DNA of 62,090 nucleotides, filler included, from Globobulimina sp. (GCA_003354225.1; 23 parts of 23 records of this genome joined end to end with filler, not necessarily neighbours in it), one strand, 5' to 3'. Counted from the first letter of the whole stretch, positions 1 to 13,331 are shown. The notes: generated by a model not told the origin, from the letters alone. Numbers and translations are program-made.

Positions 1-28
1 AAAATAAATACAATCAAACAATGGCCTG

Positions 29-912
29 TCATTTATTCAGCTTATCCTTTTTTTGCTTCTTTTTCTTTTTCTTCTTTTTACCATTATGTTGCCAATCCCT
101 CCAACTGTTGACTCTATTATTCCTTCCCTCTTCCCATTCTTTTTTATATTTCTTTTCCGCCGCTCTCTGTGCTTTTAATTCCTCTCTTCGCGCCAATGTT
201 TGTTGCTCAATTTTTTGTGATGCCTGGTCTTCGATTCTTTTCTGCCACGCACAATCTATCAATATATCCCGTAATTGAATCTTTATTTCCTCCGCTGTGG
301 CACCATCATCATCCTCTCTCTCATTCCCATTTTCATTTTTACTCTTTTCTTCTTTTTGTAATCTGATCATACAATAATCACAATTACAATCACAGTGCAA
401 GGATATTGATAGAAACTTAACGCATTGGACTGAGTGGTTGCGGTTGCGGTTGAATCTATTTTTTGTTTTTTTGTGGGTGGTTCCTGGCATACAAACTGTC
501 GGCCTTTTTCGATCATTTTTCTTTCAATGACTCTGCGCCTCGCCTCATTTATTTGATGTTTTAATTTTATGACAAAATCCTTTGATTCTAAATCTTTTTT
601 ACAATTATTTAGCATTGTAAATGCTCGCTGTGCATTCTCTTTTAAATATTCAGGGCACCGATCCGGATGCACTAATAATGATAATTTGCGATATTGTTTC
701 TTTATATTTTTCTCATCCAAATCCAATGATATTTGTAATATTTGAATTGGATTTATTTTCAATGCGTTCAATATACGCTTTATTTCGTTTTCGCTTTGGG
801 TGTTATTCACATCTTTAACTAAATCATGTACTGCCTACAACATAGGCAACGATGCATCCATTCAAAAGCAAATAATAAATAAAAATGCATTTAAATACCT
901 AACTTCAGCCAT
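29..912 (-). CDS. DNAJC8: DnaJ homolog subfamily C member 8-like (J-domain, spliceosome-associated), 3 exons
   Basis: J-domain YRKLSLLVHPDR and C-terminal WEEGRNNRVNSWRDW; GT-AG introns 835-903 and 363-421 join MAE|AVHDLVKD...SNA|LQKEE in frame. Confidence 0.85.
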
Positions 913-1018
913 TGTTACACTTTTTGTAAATTCATTTGGTTTTTCTGCAACTTGTTTTATTTTTGATTGATTTTCACGGGTTGTAATAGGAGAAATAGGC
1001 GCCACCGCTGAGATTGAC

Positions 1019-2099
1019 ATGGTGTTTGCTTTGATGTTAATTTTCAGTATTAAACAAAAACTTTATCAAAAAAAAATGGTAATAATTCTGTTGCTTTGTT
1101 GGAATATTTTAACCTGTGTTTCTATTGAAACCAGTTGGAGAAATACGTCGTGGACAGCAACGCAAACTTACCCAATACAAACAACAAACACTGAGAAACA
1201 CCTACAACCAACCAGCATATGGCTCGCTTTATCAAATACAACAATGTTTGAGTATTATGATACTAATGTAAATAATAAATCTTCTAATTCAAATCAGTTT
1301 ATATTTGCGATTATTGCGTACATTTTATTGGGATGTATTATTAGTGGCTGCTTATCTTCTTTTTGTATAATTTGTTTTGTGTGTTATTTTATTAAAAAAA
1401 AAGTGAATAAACGTAAAGAAATAGAATATGAAGTAAAAAGACAGGGAGGTCAACAAAATGATTCTTCTGTAAGCACTGACCATGGTATATCAGCAACAAT
1501 AGCTAACATTGTAAATGTTGTTGCTTCTGCTTTTGTCCATGATATGGAAACACATAGCAATGGAGATGACGATGAACCACATTCTTCCAAGATATCATCA
1601 AATGATTCAAATCAGTCCATTGCAAATACAGGTTTGCGTTTGTGCTCAGCTCGAAATTATATTACTGTATTTATATATGTGTATATTTATGAAAAAAGAA
1701 TCACGGATATCCGCATGCAAAGTTAATGAAAGTATGAATCACATGGATACAATAAAAATAAATCATCAGTTAAATATGTCAATTTTGGTGGCAAGACATA
1801 ACAAAACACCATCAGCATCACTCAGCACTCATGTATCAAGTATTGATAATGATAACGATGAGAAATTATCACAAATTTGTAATACAACTGATGGTATAAT
1901 ATATGCGGAATCTGACGTATACATTGATGAGACTGTAACTGATACATCAATCATAGTATTAAGTAATGATAATCATCATACTCCAAATATTTCATTTGGG
2001 CAAATTTTAGAAACATCTGATGATTATGATGTGATAATGACAGTTTTTTCAAATGCATCGAATACTTCAGAAACATATGATTATGATGTGATAATATGA
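1019..2099 (+). CDS. single-pass membrane protein with signal peptide and acidic disordered tail (probably one intron near 1632)
   Basis: N-terminal hydrophobic segment, Cys-rich TM (FIFAIIAYILLGCII...CFVCYFI) followed by KKKVNKRK; two overlapping ORFs. Confidence 0.5.
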
Positions 2100-2141
2100 T
2101 TTTTTTGTTATTGGCTATATATATCTTTCAGTTTGGTGATT

Positions 2142-2606
2142 TTATTGTAAAATGATCTCTTCATAATTTTCCAATTGTTGTTGAAACGATTGATTTGGAC
2201 AAATGCAGGATCTCCTTTGCTTAACATATTGTGTTGCAATATCACATTTATATTTATTTTTATACATTAAATAAGCAATAACAATGGTCGACGATCTACT
2301 CACTCCCATTTGACAATGCACCATACATTTTTCATTCTCATTATTCATTATTTCATCAATAAATTCGTTACTTTTATCAAAGAATGTATTTATAGCAACA
2401 CTCTCTGCATCATCAACTTTAATATTTAAATACGTTATTTTAATCTGTTTATGCTCCTCAAAATGATTTGCAATTCGATTTGTTACATTAATAATATGTG
2501 TAATTTGTAGGTTTTCGATAATGTCCCAACTTTTAGCATGCGTTGCATCGCCGAGATATAATTTATTATCAATAATTTCATTCGGATAATCTTCACGTAT
2601 TTTTAA
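2142..2606 (-). CDS. dual-specificity protein phosphatase, 5'-truncated
   Basis: Open frame YPNEIIDNKLYLGD...THIINVT...VDD...VHCQMGVSRSSTIVIAYLM...ICPNQSFQQQL (HCx5R motif). Confidence 0.9.
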   Translation of the reverse strand, partial: LKIREDYPNEIIDNKLYLGDATHAKSWDIIENLQITHIINVTNRIANHFEEHKQIKITYLNIKVDDAESVAINTFFDKSNEFIDEIMNNENEKCMVHCQMGVSRSSTIVIAYLMYKNKYKCDIATQYVKQRRSCICPNQSFQQQLENYEEIILQ

Positions 2607-2706
2607 NNNNNNNNNNNNNNNNNNNNNNNNNNNNNNNNNNNNNNNNNNNNTTAATTAATTAANNNNNNNNNNNNNNNNNNNNNNNNNNNNNNNNNNNNNN
2701 NNNNNN
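2607..2706. other. artificial contig spacer N44-TTAATTAATTAA-N44 (first of 22, recurring every ~2.7 kb)
   Basis: Identical 100-bp spacer with stops in all six frames between size-sorted contigs. Confidence 0.98.
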
Positions 2707-2731
2707 GGCGTTCATCAAAACAGATTATGGC

Positions 2732-5123
2732 ATGAATACATCTTCATGGATAGTGTTAGGAATATTATCTTTAATATTCCATACTCTGTTATCAATTCCC
2801 ATTTTAATATGGGCCATACGTACAGTGTGGCAACACCAAAATGAAACATTTTTCAAATCACGAAAGAAATTATTAATAAAACTAATATTAATATACTCGA
2901 TATTTATGATTGTTATCCTACGCCCAATTGAGTTAATTGTAGGTCCATTGCGTAGCATTATATTCCATAGAGTCAAAATACCTGAATTTGTAGTGTCATG
3001 GATTACATTTATTACAATGAACACCTCATCGTTTGTTGTCATACAATTATATGTGTTAAGAGCCTGGATTTATTTTTTTAACATTCAATCAGTCTTAGCG
3101 TTACAAGACAAATTATGGGAAAAAACATTATATTCTACAAATTATGACAATTGGTACTTAAAATCCAATGCAACATACGGCAATGTTAAGTTTTGCAGCA
3201 AAATAATCAGTATATTTTCCGCATTTTTTGTGATAATTTTATGTATAATCCGCGAAATTGATCCACATTCAAAAGGATATATCGCTGTTATCTTTGGTTT
3301 CCAATGTTCATTAATCATATTATTTATTATATTATTTGTTGTCATCGCAAACATTTATTCTGTAAATGACTTATTTGCTCTCCGAAATGAATTAAAATTT
3401 GATTTAATTACATTATTAATAATATTTATATTCCTTTGCTGTATAACCATACTGTTCTGGAACCATTATCAATTGATTTGGTTCACTTTCCTCGAATTGA
3501 CCTCAGCATTGCAATTAATACAATCTGTAATGCCCTGTTTCTGGTTTTTTAGAGCTCGCAACAAGAAATTGAACAGAAAAAAGCCGAAAGAATCTCCAGT
3601 GTCCTCACTATCACCGTGCGCATCGCCAAACAAATTAAGATTATGGTGGCTCAAAAACGGAAACTTGCGCTCAAATTCAAACAACCCCAAAACGGAAACT
3701 TGCGCTCAAACCGCATTACAAATTTCTGCCTCAAATTCAAATAATCCCAACAACCGATCCCATTCACAACTGCAGGCTGCAAATGTACGATCCTTAAAGT
3801 TCGAAGATGTCGTATCCGATGCACGTGGTTTCAGGGAATTTATCAAGTTCTTATCCTTATCATTTTCGTCTGAAAACATGTTATTTATTGCTGAAGTTAT
3901 GCGGCATAAAAACTTTATGTTCATGCGGGGATTGGTGGAGTTTGAGTCCATTGGCTATTATCTCGATTTGCCCTCCAAAGTGATTGATTATATGTGGTAT
4001 GTTCCAGATGAATATAAAAATCTTAATCACGCTCGCAAAGCCAGAAAAAAAAGGAAATCATTGCAGCATAGTCGAAAAGCAATGAGTTTTTCCAATTTAT
4101 ATAAACAGAAACGAGATTCGCTATCCATGCAAACCAAAAGCTGTCCCGCTGTGAATATGACTGCGCCTGAAACAAAGTTTGCATTTTCAAACCAGATAAA
4201 ATTGAGCCAAATCATAGATGATCCCCAAAGTACTATGGATAATGAAATAGAAAGCAAACATAAAAAACGCATTCAATGGATAGATAAACAAAAACGAAAA
4301 AAGAATATGAAACCTAAAAATAAAAAGTTACGTGTTGTAGAAATATGTACACTGCAACAAAATATTTGTTATATGTTGTTTGTGATGTAAGCTTAAGAGA
4401 GAAAAAGAGAGAAGTTGAGAATGATACATGTACAGATTTAGGCGTTATGTCAGACATTGAGGATAATTTAGAAATTGGTATGGATTTAGTGATGGTGACC
4501 GATGATGAGCACAGTGTGTCGTTGAAGGAATCGCCGAGATTAACAGCTATGATCTCACCCAAGTTGTTAGAGGCCACAATCATGAAAAATACAGATGACG
4601 ACACTGATATATCGATGCGATTGCATTTGAATATTAATCCCATTGATATTCCCGCCTCAGATGTCAACGATGCTGACACTGAGCTTACACCAAATGACAT
4701 GTCGCCGCGATATGATGATTTTAAAATTGATGATTTCTTCCAGGGATTTGATGATAAACAAATCAACGATGTACTTATTACACCGTTGGAAGACGCACAG
4801 GTTTACTTTCATTTTTTTTTAAAATGTACAAGCTCAATTTTGTTAAATAGAGGATCCGTGATCGATATATTGTGAATGGAGCTGAATTTCAGATCAATTT
4901 AAGCGGCGGTACGCAGTATCAGACATTGCAACACTTTGCCAACGATCCTCAGCACATTGACTGGAAAGCAAAAATGTTGGAGCGGAAACAGAAGAGGTTG
5001 GATGTCAAAACAGTGCGAAATGGAACCAATTTACCAATACAAGTTGGATCAGATTCTGATCTGGCGGGATTTCAAATTTGGGGAGAAGAAACTTCACTTT
5101 GTGAATCTTTCTGCCAGTGGTGA
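2732..5123 (+). CDS. 7TM-RGS protein (regulator of G-protein signalling), spliced, 3' end uncertain
   Basis: About 7 hydrophobic helices, then GFREFIKFLSLSFSSENMLF; after intron 4801-4850, RIRDRYIVNGAEFQINLS (RGS motifs). Confidence 0.7.
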
Positions 5124-5184
5124 ATATACATCCATGTTGATGGTTGTGCATTCATGGTAGTATGAACAAAACGTTGCACCGCAT

Positions 5185-5312
5185 ATGCACACAAACACAC
5201 ACACGCACACACAAGCACACACACATGCGCACACACAAACACACACACATGCGCACACACAAACACACACACGCACACACAAACACACACAAACACACAC
5301 ACACACACACAC
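5185..5312 (+). repeat. compound CA-rich microsatellite at contig end
   Basis: (CA)n interrupted by CAAA/GCGCA. Confidence 0.9.
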
Positions 5313-5464
5313 NNNNNNNNNNNNNNNNNNNNNNNNNNNNNNNNNNNNNNNNNNNNTTAATTAATTAANNNNNNNNNNNNNNNNNNNNNNNNNNNNNNNN
5401 NNNNNNNNNNNNTTAAATTTAAAAAGAAACTAAAAAAAAACCTTTTTTTTTCAATCCTTTCGTG

Positions 5465-6359
5465 ATGAGATCTGTATTCTTATGTTTAGTATTGTTAGCT
5501 CTTGCATTGTGTATTGGTCATTCAATGTCTGACAACAAATGTATGTTTTCATTCCATCCACAATTACAACCTTTATATTGCATGACATTCATTTGATATA
5601 CAAACCAATATATATTACGTCTTGGAGGTAGATAATGGAATTAATAAATACAATGAGAGACAATTTGGTGTGCTTAATACAAGGCGTCTTCTTGATAATC
5701 CACAGAAGGAACTTCGTCGAGAGAGAAAAAAGGAAGCCAGAGATAAAAAACACGCAAAACAGGAAACAATAAATGTCGAAAATTCATATCAAGAGTTTCA
5801 ACACGAAATGGACAGAGAGAGAGGAAATGAGCGAAGAGAAAATATAGAAAATGAAAACCAAAACATTGATAACAGCGCACAAGAAATGGCAACGGATAAT
5901 ACAGAAAATAACAGCGAGAATACAGAGACGTTGGATATCGATGCAAATATTGGAGGTAAAGGGAAAGATAAAAGAATTTCTCGATACAAATTCGAAAACG
6001 GTTTTGCGAATAGCAAACAAAATGGAGAAGAAAGTTACATTAACATTAATGGCAATGATCACGCGGAGAGTTCTCCCGCTAAATCTGTGCCAAAAACTGT
6101 GTTTAAACAAGTTGGCTCGTTTGAAGTTAAAAAAGCATATAAAATGAATCAAGTGTGGAGCAAGAGAACCTTTTGGTTGTTAGTTTGCATATTATTAATA
6201 AATATATTTGCTTTATTATATTGCATTTGTGGAAGAACTATAATGGCATATTTGAGGTCAATGCCAACAAATTATAATCTCACTATAAAACCAAAGAGAC
6301 TTAGTGATAGTGAGACGGATATTGATGATGATACCAATGATGAAGAGTATATTGAGTGA
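5465..6359 (+). CDS. type I membrane protein of unknown function, 2 exons
   Basis: Signal peptide MRSVFLCLVLLALALCIG; intron 5541-5631 restores the frame; TM FWLLVCILLINIFALLYCIC. Confidence 0.6.
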
Positions 6360-6553
6360 ATACAGCATGATATGTGTACTAATTATTTATTTTTTTTTAC
6401 TTTTTAATTTATGGGTTTGGGTTGAACCGTTTTCATTTACTTTTTCTTATATTCTTTTTTCAATTTTTTTGCTTTTTGTGTTAATTTAATTAATGCATAA
6501 GAAAGGAATCTATTATTTTTAAAAACAATTGTTTTCTGCATTGCACTGATTGG

Positions 6554-7585
6554 ATGTCGTCTACTGTTTTGAACCTGGTTGAAGAATTATTGTCATATTT
6601 GCAAGCAAATATGAGTATTAGTATGGAGGAAGAGAAAAACTCTGAATTCGAATCTTCTATTTTATGCACACAACCCTTGGATATGAATGAGGAAATAAAT
6701 CGTGTGATTGACAATGGATTGAAGGAAGATTTATCGAATCGTGGCGATATTTCAACTCTATCAACAATACCATCCACAGCAATATCATCCGCATATTTAT
6801 TAGCAAAAGCAAATGGTATTATATCTGGCATTAAGATCACACAGCAAGTTTTTTTCAGAATTGATAAAACAATAAAATTTGAATGGTTTAAAAAAGATGG
6901 AGACGTTGTAAAAAAAGGCGATATCATTGGAAATATAAATGGCAGATCACAATCAATATTGACAGGGGAGAGATTGTCATTAAATTTCATGCAAAGAATG
7001 AGTGGAATTGCAACACAAACCAATAAAATGGTGAGTAAAATTGCCGAATTAAAAACATCAAAAACGAAATTGTTGGATACAAGAAAAACTGTTCCTGGGT
7101 TAAGAATAATCGATAAAATGGCAGTTATTGATGGAGGCGGTCAGAATCATAGAATGGGTTTGTATGATATGGTTATGATAAAAGACAATCACATTGAAGC
7201 AAGTGGCGGTATTCACAATGCAGTACAAAATGCAAATAAATATTTGATAGACAATAATTTGAAAAAGCAGATAAAAATTGAAATTGAGACAAGTACATTG
7301 GAGCAAGTTAGACAAGTTTTAAAATATGGTGACAATGGAAGGATTGATCGGATTATGTTGGATAATATGGTTAAAATGGATAAGGAAAAGAATGTTGTTG
7401 ATACATCAATGTTGCAGGATGCATTGACGTTAATTGATGGTAAATTTGAAACAGAGGCCTCTGGGAATATCAGTCTGTTTTCTATCAAACAAGTGGCAAA
7501 AACAAATGTTGATTTTGCATCAACCGGTTCAATTACACATTCTGTGACTGCCCTCGATATTTCCTTAAAATTCAACAAGATGTAA
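6554..7585 (+). CDS. nadC: quinolinate phosphoribosyltransferase (nicotinate-nucleotide pyrophosphorylase)
   Basis: EDL..RGDIST, GERLSLNFMQRMSGIAT, LLDTRKTVPGLR, HRMGLYDMVMIKDNHI, IMLDN, EASGNI, ITHSVTALDIS. Confidence 0.95.
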   Translation: MSSTVLNLVEELLSYLQANMSISMEEEKNSEFESSILCTQPLDMNEEINRVIDNGLKEDLSNRGDISTLSTIPSTAISSAYLLAKANGIISGIKITQQVFFRIDKTIKFEWFKKDGDVVKKGDIIGNINGRSQSILTGERLSLNFMQRMSGIATQTNKMVSKIAELKTSKTKLLDTRKTVPGLRIIDKMAVIDGGGQNHRMGLYDMVMIKDNHIEASGGIHNAVQNANKYLIDNNLKKQIKIEIETSTLEQVRQVLKYGDNGRIDRIMLDNMVKMDKEKNVVDTSMLQDALTLIDGKFETEASGNISLFSIKQVAKTNVDFASTGSITHSVTALDISLKFNKM

Positions 7586-8139
7586 AGTGACCTATTGGTA
7601 TATAATCAAATTGAACTTTTTTTTTTTTCTTACAGACATAGTATTTTTGTGATAAAATATTGATTGTCATTTCTGAAGAAGATGCAGAGATGATACAAGT
7701 TCCCGTGTTTTTGTTATATGTGGATTTAAGCGATCAGAATTTCAATTCAATTCAATGGATTCATGTATTTAAAAGAAAATACAAATATTAACAAGAATTA
7801 CTTTTCATTTTGATTATTTACATCATTTGCAGCTCCAGTTTTTGTGCATGTACTGCCATCATTAGTTGTTTTATTCTCTCTCAATCCATATACATTTTTT
7901 CCTTCTTGTAAATATTCACCTTTAACATCATCAACACTGTCATCCATATTATCGCCTTCCTCTTCCAACTCAATTTTATATCTTTCTTCGATGGCACTAA
8001 CCATCAATTCTTGGGCACNNNNNNNNNNNNNNNNNNNNNNNNNNNNNNNNNNNNNNNNNNNNTTAATTAATTAANNNNNNNNNNNNNNNNNNNNNNNNNN
8101 NNNNNNNNNNNNNNNNNNTTATTTATTATTGTATTTTTA

Positions 8140-8196
8140 GGGTTGTTTGTCAATTTTATGGTTGTTTGTCAATTTTATGGTTGTTTGTCAATTTTA
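8140..8196 (+). repeat. 19-bp tandem repeat x3 (GGTTGTTTGTCAATTTTAT)
   Basis: Directly visible tandem copies. Confidence 0.85.
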
Positions 8197-8220
8197 GGCT
8201 ATAAATATCGTTTTTTAGTT

Positions 8221-9650
8221 TTATAGCACTAAATTGTTGTTTTGAAGGGTATAATATGCAATGAATTGGTGTTGCAACTTAACATCATTACGGTCTGCGA
8301 TTGGTTTATTCTCTGATTGTTTAATTGGTTCCTTTTTGACATCATCCAATTGTGGTTGACCCACATTAGCCACAATAGGCACATTAATATCAGTGTTTAG
8401 CAATAATTTCTTAATTTCCCTCAATATTCGCCTTCGATGTGGCTTTTTCTTAATACCCATATCATTCATTAATTCATCCTCATCAATATATTCATCCAAA
8501 CAGTTTAAATTATCATAGCCGGCATCTACAAATTGTTGATAATATTGCGGTAATCCTAAAACATCACGAAACCATTGTTTATATTCCCCTTCTTCCGGTT
8601 TTGTGCCATTTGTGCAGTCCCCTTCGAGTTCATTTTTTATAGTTATCTTCCAAAATATAGAATCGCCGGAAATTCGAATTTCCAAAATATAATTATCTTC
8701 ATCGTCAACTAATTCTTGCCATGCTTCCATTAATTCCTCTCCGTCATCAATATCAACTGCATTTTGCATCTGCTGTAATTTTATATTATTTATAAAATAT
8801 TCCGAGTTAATTTTGTTAATCAATGTCGTATAATTATCTTCCCACTCTTTCTCATCATCTCCCTCATTATTTGCTGGTCTCCAATCAAATGAATTATTCT
8901 CGTAAATTATTTTAAGGGCATTTTTATCAATTTGCGGTTGTTGAACCTATGTAACACAGAAAACACATAACAACACACAGCAAATATATACATTGTACAT
9001 TGTACATAACTTTAACAAATAAATGCAATAATTGTGTGGATGTGGCTTGTTCGTCGGGAGTGTCATATAATGCATCGGTTAAATCATCAACATCATCAAT
9101 TTCAATCTCAGTGCCACCAATATTTTGATATAAAACGAACTCAGAATCTAATTCAAATTCTGTGAGAATTGCTGCTTGTAACTGTTGATATATTTCTTCA
9201 TCCCATTCTGATTCGTCTGTTTCTTTTTTTATTTTATAATCAAATTGTTTTTCTTCGTAATGGACCGTAATAATATAAAACTTTTCTGATTTGATCTGAT
9301 TTATATAAATTAATATGTGGATGGAAAATATAGAATTTATACATTGCATATTTAACTGTTTTAATAATTTCGACGATAGGAATTGGTTTTGGAGGTATTA
9401 ATGACAACACTTGTTTTAATTGATTCGCATCTGATTTATCAATTATTGTGTTGTTGATTGAGATTGTCCATTCAGACGCATTCATGTCTGATAATTTGAA
9501 TTTCTTTGCGATTTTGGATAATAATGAAGACAGTTTTTTATCCCAATCACCGGACGCTGGGCTTGAAATATTCAACTCCTTTTTCTTCACATCTGGTGAC
9601 TCAAAGCGTAATCTGATGGTAAGAACCTTGTGAATGTACTCAGAGGCCAT
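8221..9650 (-). CDS. protein with ~3 PB1/ubiquitin-like modules and a SAM domain (spliced)
   Basis: Repeated acidic motifs IEIDDVDDL / VDIDDGEEL after beta-strand-helix units; SAM YKQWFRDVLGLPQYYQQFVDAGYD...MGIKKKPHRRRILREI. Confidence 0.6.
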
Positions 9651-9699
9651 ATTTGGCAGTGTTTTAAAGTTTTAAAAAGCTAGCTCGTTGCTTAGAATC

Positions 9700-10723
9700 A
9701 TGTCAGCCGAAACAGGTTGGATAGAATCATTACCATTACAAATTCCAGACAATGAAAGCTGTCAGAAACATAAAATCAAGTTTGATTTTAGTCATATTGA
9801 ATGTATCGACAATTATTTATTTTTATGGAGGGACAGTTATTCAAATAAAATATTGCGAATTAATTTGGACACAAAAGACATTCAACCAATTATTATTCGT
9901 GAAAATATTAAAATTAATTCGTTAAAAATCATGTCACGAAACAACAAACATTTTTTATTAATTTCAGAGAATAAATTAAAATCACAAATTCATTTTATAA
10001 ATGTTAACCAACCGAACAAACCTTTTTCATATCAAAGCTTTTCATCCCATATTATTCAGATTGAATATAGCTCCATCTCTTCCAACACTGTCTTCGTACT
10101 CACAAATAATAATTTTAAGTTACGTTATTTATCCTTGCACTCCGTTCAAAATAAAATAAAACAAAATAACAAAAAGCATTATTGGTTTAAATGACGACTG
10201 CACTCAAATAATATATCATGATCGCATCAATGTGTTAGGCAAACATTTAATAAATTTTTGTTTGGGAATACCCAAACATTTACATGACAAACTATTTAAT
10301 GAATATAATTTCTATTATGGATTCAGCAAATTTGCTGCATATTTTATCAATAAATTTGGTGAAATCTACGTGTGTTCGCCTATAATCCCACATAAATTCC
10401 AATGTTCCTTTCAAACGTTGGATGCCCTAAAATTACATTTTGATGCTGATGATGAGGATGCTTTGTTATACGACATTTGGCTGAATCAAACCTGGCATTT
10501 TTATCATAATCTAAGTGATGAAAATGAGCAATATGCCACCTATGATGCAACGGCACAATTCATCCACGAAAATAAAACCATTTATAGAGATATTTACAAA
10601 TTGTACTCTGTGTATTCTTGTTTAATTTATACTCATACTCATACTCATAGAGATATTTACAAATTAAATATCCATCAAACTGCAGCACATAACAACGCGC
10701 AGTGTGTGAAAATTAGCATGTAA
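9700..10723 (+). CDS. Nup88/Nup82-like N-terminal beta-propeller (frame break near 10190), partial
   Basis: IIQIEYSSISSNTVFVLTNNN..LRY and FAAYFINKFGEIYVCSPIIP resemble conserved Nup82/88 blocks. Confidence 0.45.
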
Positions 10724-11049
10724 NNNNNNNNNNNNNNNNNNNNNNNNNNNNNNNNNNNNNNNNNNNNTTAATTAATTAANNNNNNNNNNNNNNNNNNNNN
10801 NNNNNNNNNNNNNNNNNNNNNNNTAAATATTTAATTTTGACAGTTTTTCATGATTTGCATACATTTTAACATTTCATCAGATTTTTACTTTTACAACTTT
10901 TGATAGAAAAAAAAAGGGTAAATCAATTCGAAATCCGTAATACAAGCAGAGACTAAAAATAAACAAGTATTTATCTGAAACAATCAAATCACATAAGAAA
11001 AAAGAAGAAAAAAGAAAAAAAAAGATGTCATGCTAGCAACAATATACAT

Positions 11050-13331
11050 TTACCAATTATGGTAACCCGAATCATCAAAAAGTGCATTATCATTGACAAT
11101 GGAATCATTATATCTCATATTAATAATATTTCGCGTATGCTCATTCCCATCATTGTGATTATTTTTATTCCCCATCGAGTGAGCCGATAACTGTCCATTT
11201 TTCTCATTTTTCTTGTCATTATTTTGAATTTTTTTATACGGATTGGGCTGCGGTATGGAACCATCCAAAAACTGACACAAATGCAAATAAAAACAATCGA
11301 TGGCCTCTTGGTTATGAATCACGAATTTCCCTTGAAAATCTTTTTTATTTTCAATCGACTGCGCCAACAAATGCCAAGTAATAATGCCATGTTTCGCCAA
11401 TGGCTTAATGTATTCGAGCAAATTCGGTTCGTTGTTATATGAACTAATCCATGTTTTAAACTGTAATATTTCTAACTTAAATTCATTGATTACTTTCAAT
11501 ATCAACTTCCTATGCAACTCATTGCTTATTCCAATCTTCAATTTCAAAATCTGATCATTCAAATCCACCATACGGCAGATATTCCCATACTTAGCGTTGC
11601 GAAACTCACTCAAATATTGACTCAAACCAATGCGGCCAAACAGGAAATTACGAAACTTGCGATATTTCGGATCAATGTTATAGACATCATTCGAAATAGT
11701 AATCAACTCCTTATCCACCACATTATTTTTCGCCTTTTTCTTTTTCTTCTTCTCCCGCCCCGTTCGAGGCGACTTTGGCTTGGAACTCTTGGATTTTCCC
11801 GGCAATTTTTTCATCCTCTTATTCATTTCCATAATCTCGTACGAATATTCTTCCTTTTCCTGCATAGCCAACGCTAACTTGTCCAATAAATCCAAGTTCG
11901 TCTGTTTAATCTGCACATTCTCCGCATGCAACTGCGTATATTGCGCATGTGCCATAGCATACTTTTCCTCAAAGTCTTTTAGTTTTCGTTTCACGCGTTT
12001 TAGCTCATCCAACAATGACAAATCGTCATTGCCGCCGCCAGCTCGCGACGACAATGACTTCCATGTGTACGAACTGTCAAAATCATCGAATTCCTTCTGT
12101 AGCAATGTCGAGGTTTTGATGCTTAAATGCAAGCGTTGCGAGGATTTGCCATTATGTCCGCCACAAATATGGATCACACCGCACCGCGTTTCCACCGCTG
12201 TCATTCCATACAAGTGGTCGGGTAATTTGATCCCCAATAACTTCCATATCCGCTTACTTATGTCATAGATGTAGATATTTCGCGAACACTTCAAATCGCC
12301 CAAATCGCCGCCAAATATAAGTATGTAATTGTTTAACACGCACAAATAGGCGAAATTTTGTACCGCCACTGGCAAATCCCCGATATGCTTCCATTTGTTA
12401 TCCGCTTCGACTTCGTACTTTTCTTCTTGTTGGCTGTCGAGGTCATTGTCGAGGTACAGTCTGTACATTTTTGTGGTGGGCGACAAGCTCGAACTCCATC
12501 CTTTTTTCACATTGCAACCGCCAAAGACGATGATTTGCGGCCGATGATGGCGTAAATACGCTTTGATCACTTTTTTATTGTTTTTTTTCTCGCGCATACG
12601 GTTCCTGCCAACATAGACAATGCCGTGATAGGTCAGCTCTGCACATATTTGTCAATTCCATTGTGAGTGCGAGGATATGTCACTGTGTATACTATATATG
12701 CTTAACTGAGCGGTAATTTTGGCCCTTCGCGCCATTGTCGCAAAGCTCGGTTGTATATGTAATATTTATTTGGCTTTCTGTTGCCACCAATCACATGCAA
12801 TTCGATGGAATTGTTTATTTTTGCATTCTTGATGGCAATGCATTTGGTGCCGATGCCGAAGTCTTTTGCGCGCGAATTGGGCGCAGTGTGCCATTCATGC
12901 GACAATGTGTTGAAAAATAATAAATGTTTGCTTTGTGTGCTGCCGCCGGTGGAGATGATGAGATTGTCACAGGTGGAGACACAGTGCCCTTTTGGCACGA
13001 TTTTCTTAGGAAAATAGGGCAATTTCTCGTAGGTTTTATAGGTGGCGTCATAGACCCAACATTGGTTATTGTTGTGGGAGCCCAATATGTAGATACGGTT
13101 GCTGGAGATGGCGTTTTCTTCATTGACACGGGATGTGCCCACACAGGGCATGTACATATTGCGTGGCAATTCGGGATCTATGTCCCATTGATTTTGTAAT
13201 GATGATTCCAATGAGTTTGTATGTGCCGGATTGGGTGAATTGTTCATGTTTAAGGAGTGATTGGGTGAGTGATCACTAGTATTGACTGGAATTGGTGCGC
13301 TGCGAGTAATAGTTGCTTTGAAGAAGTCCAT
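11050..13331 (-). CDS. Kelch-repeat + coiled-coil + SAM-domain protein, 2 exons
   Basis: Kelch GG motifs (IISTGG, LHVIGG, IIVFGG, ILIFGG, IHICGG); intron 12639-12706 gives LPLK|LTYHG; SAM IGLSQYLSEF...IGISNELHRKLILKVI. Confidence 0.8.

Noticed and set aside
2607-2706. Periodic TTAATTAATTAA palindrome every ~2.7 kb as a biological repeat, and uniform segment length as nanochromosomes
   Set aside because: Embedded in N-runs; an artificial six-frame-stop linker between size-sorted contigs; no telomeric repeats at the ends
5072-5368. ORFs of CV/TH repeats
   Set aside because: Translation artefacts of the CA microsatellite
6490-7578. Antisense ORFs over nadC (and similar ones over other genes)
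   Set aside because: Shadow frames of real genes with no motifs
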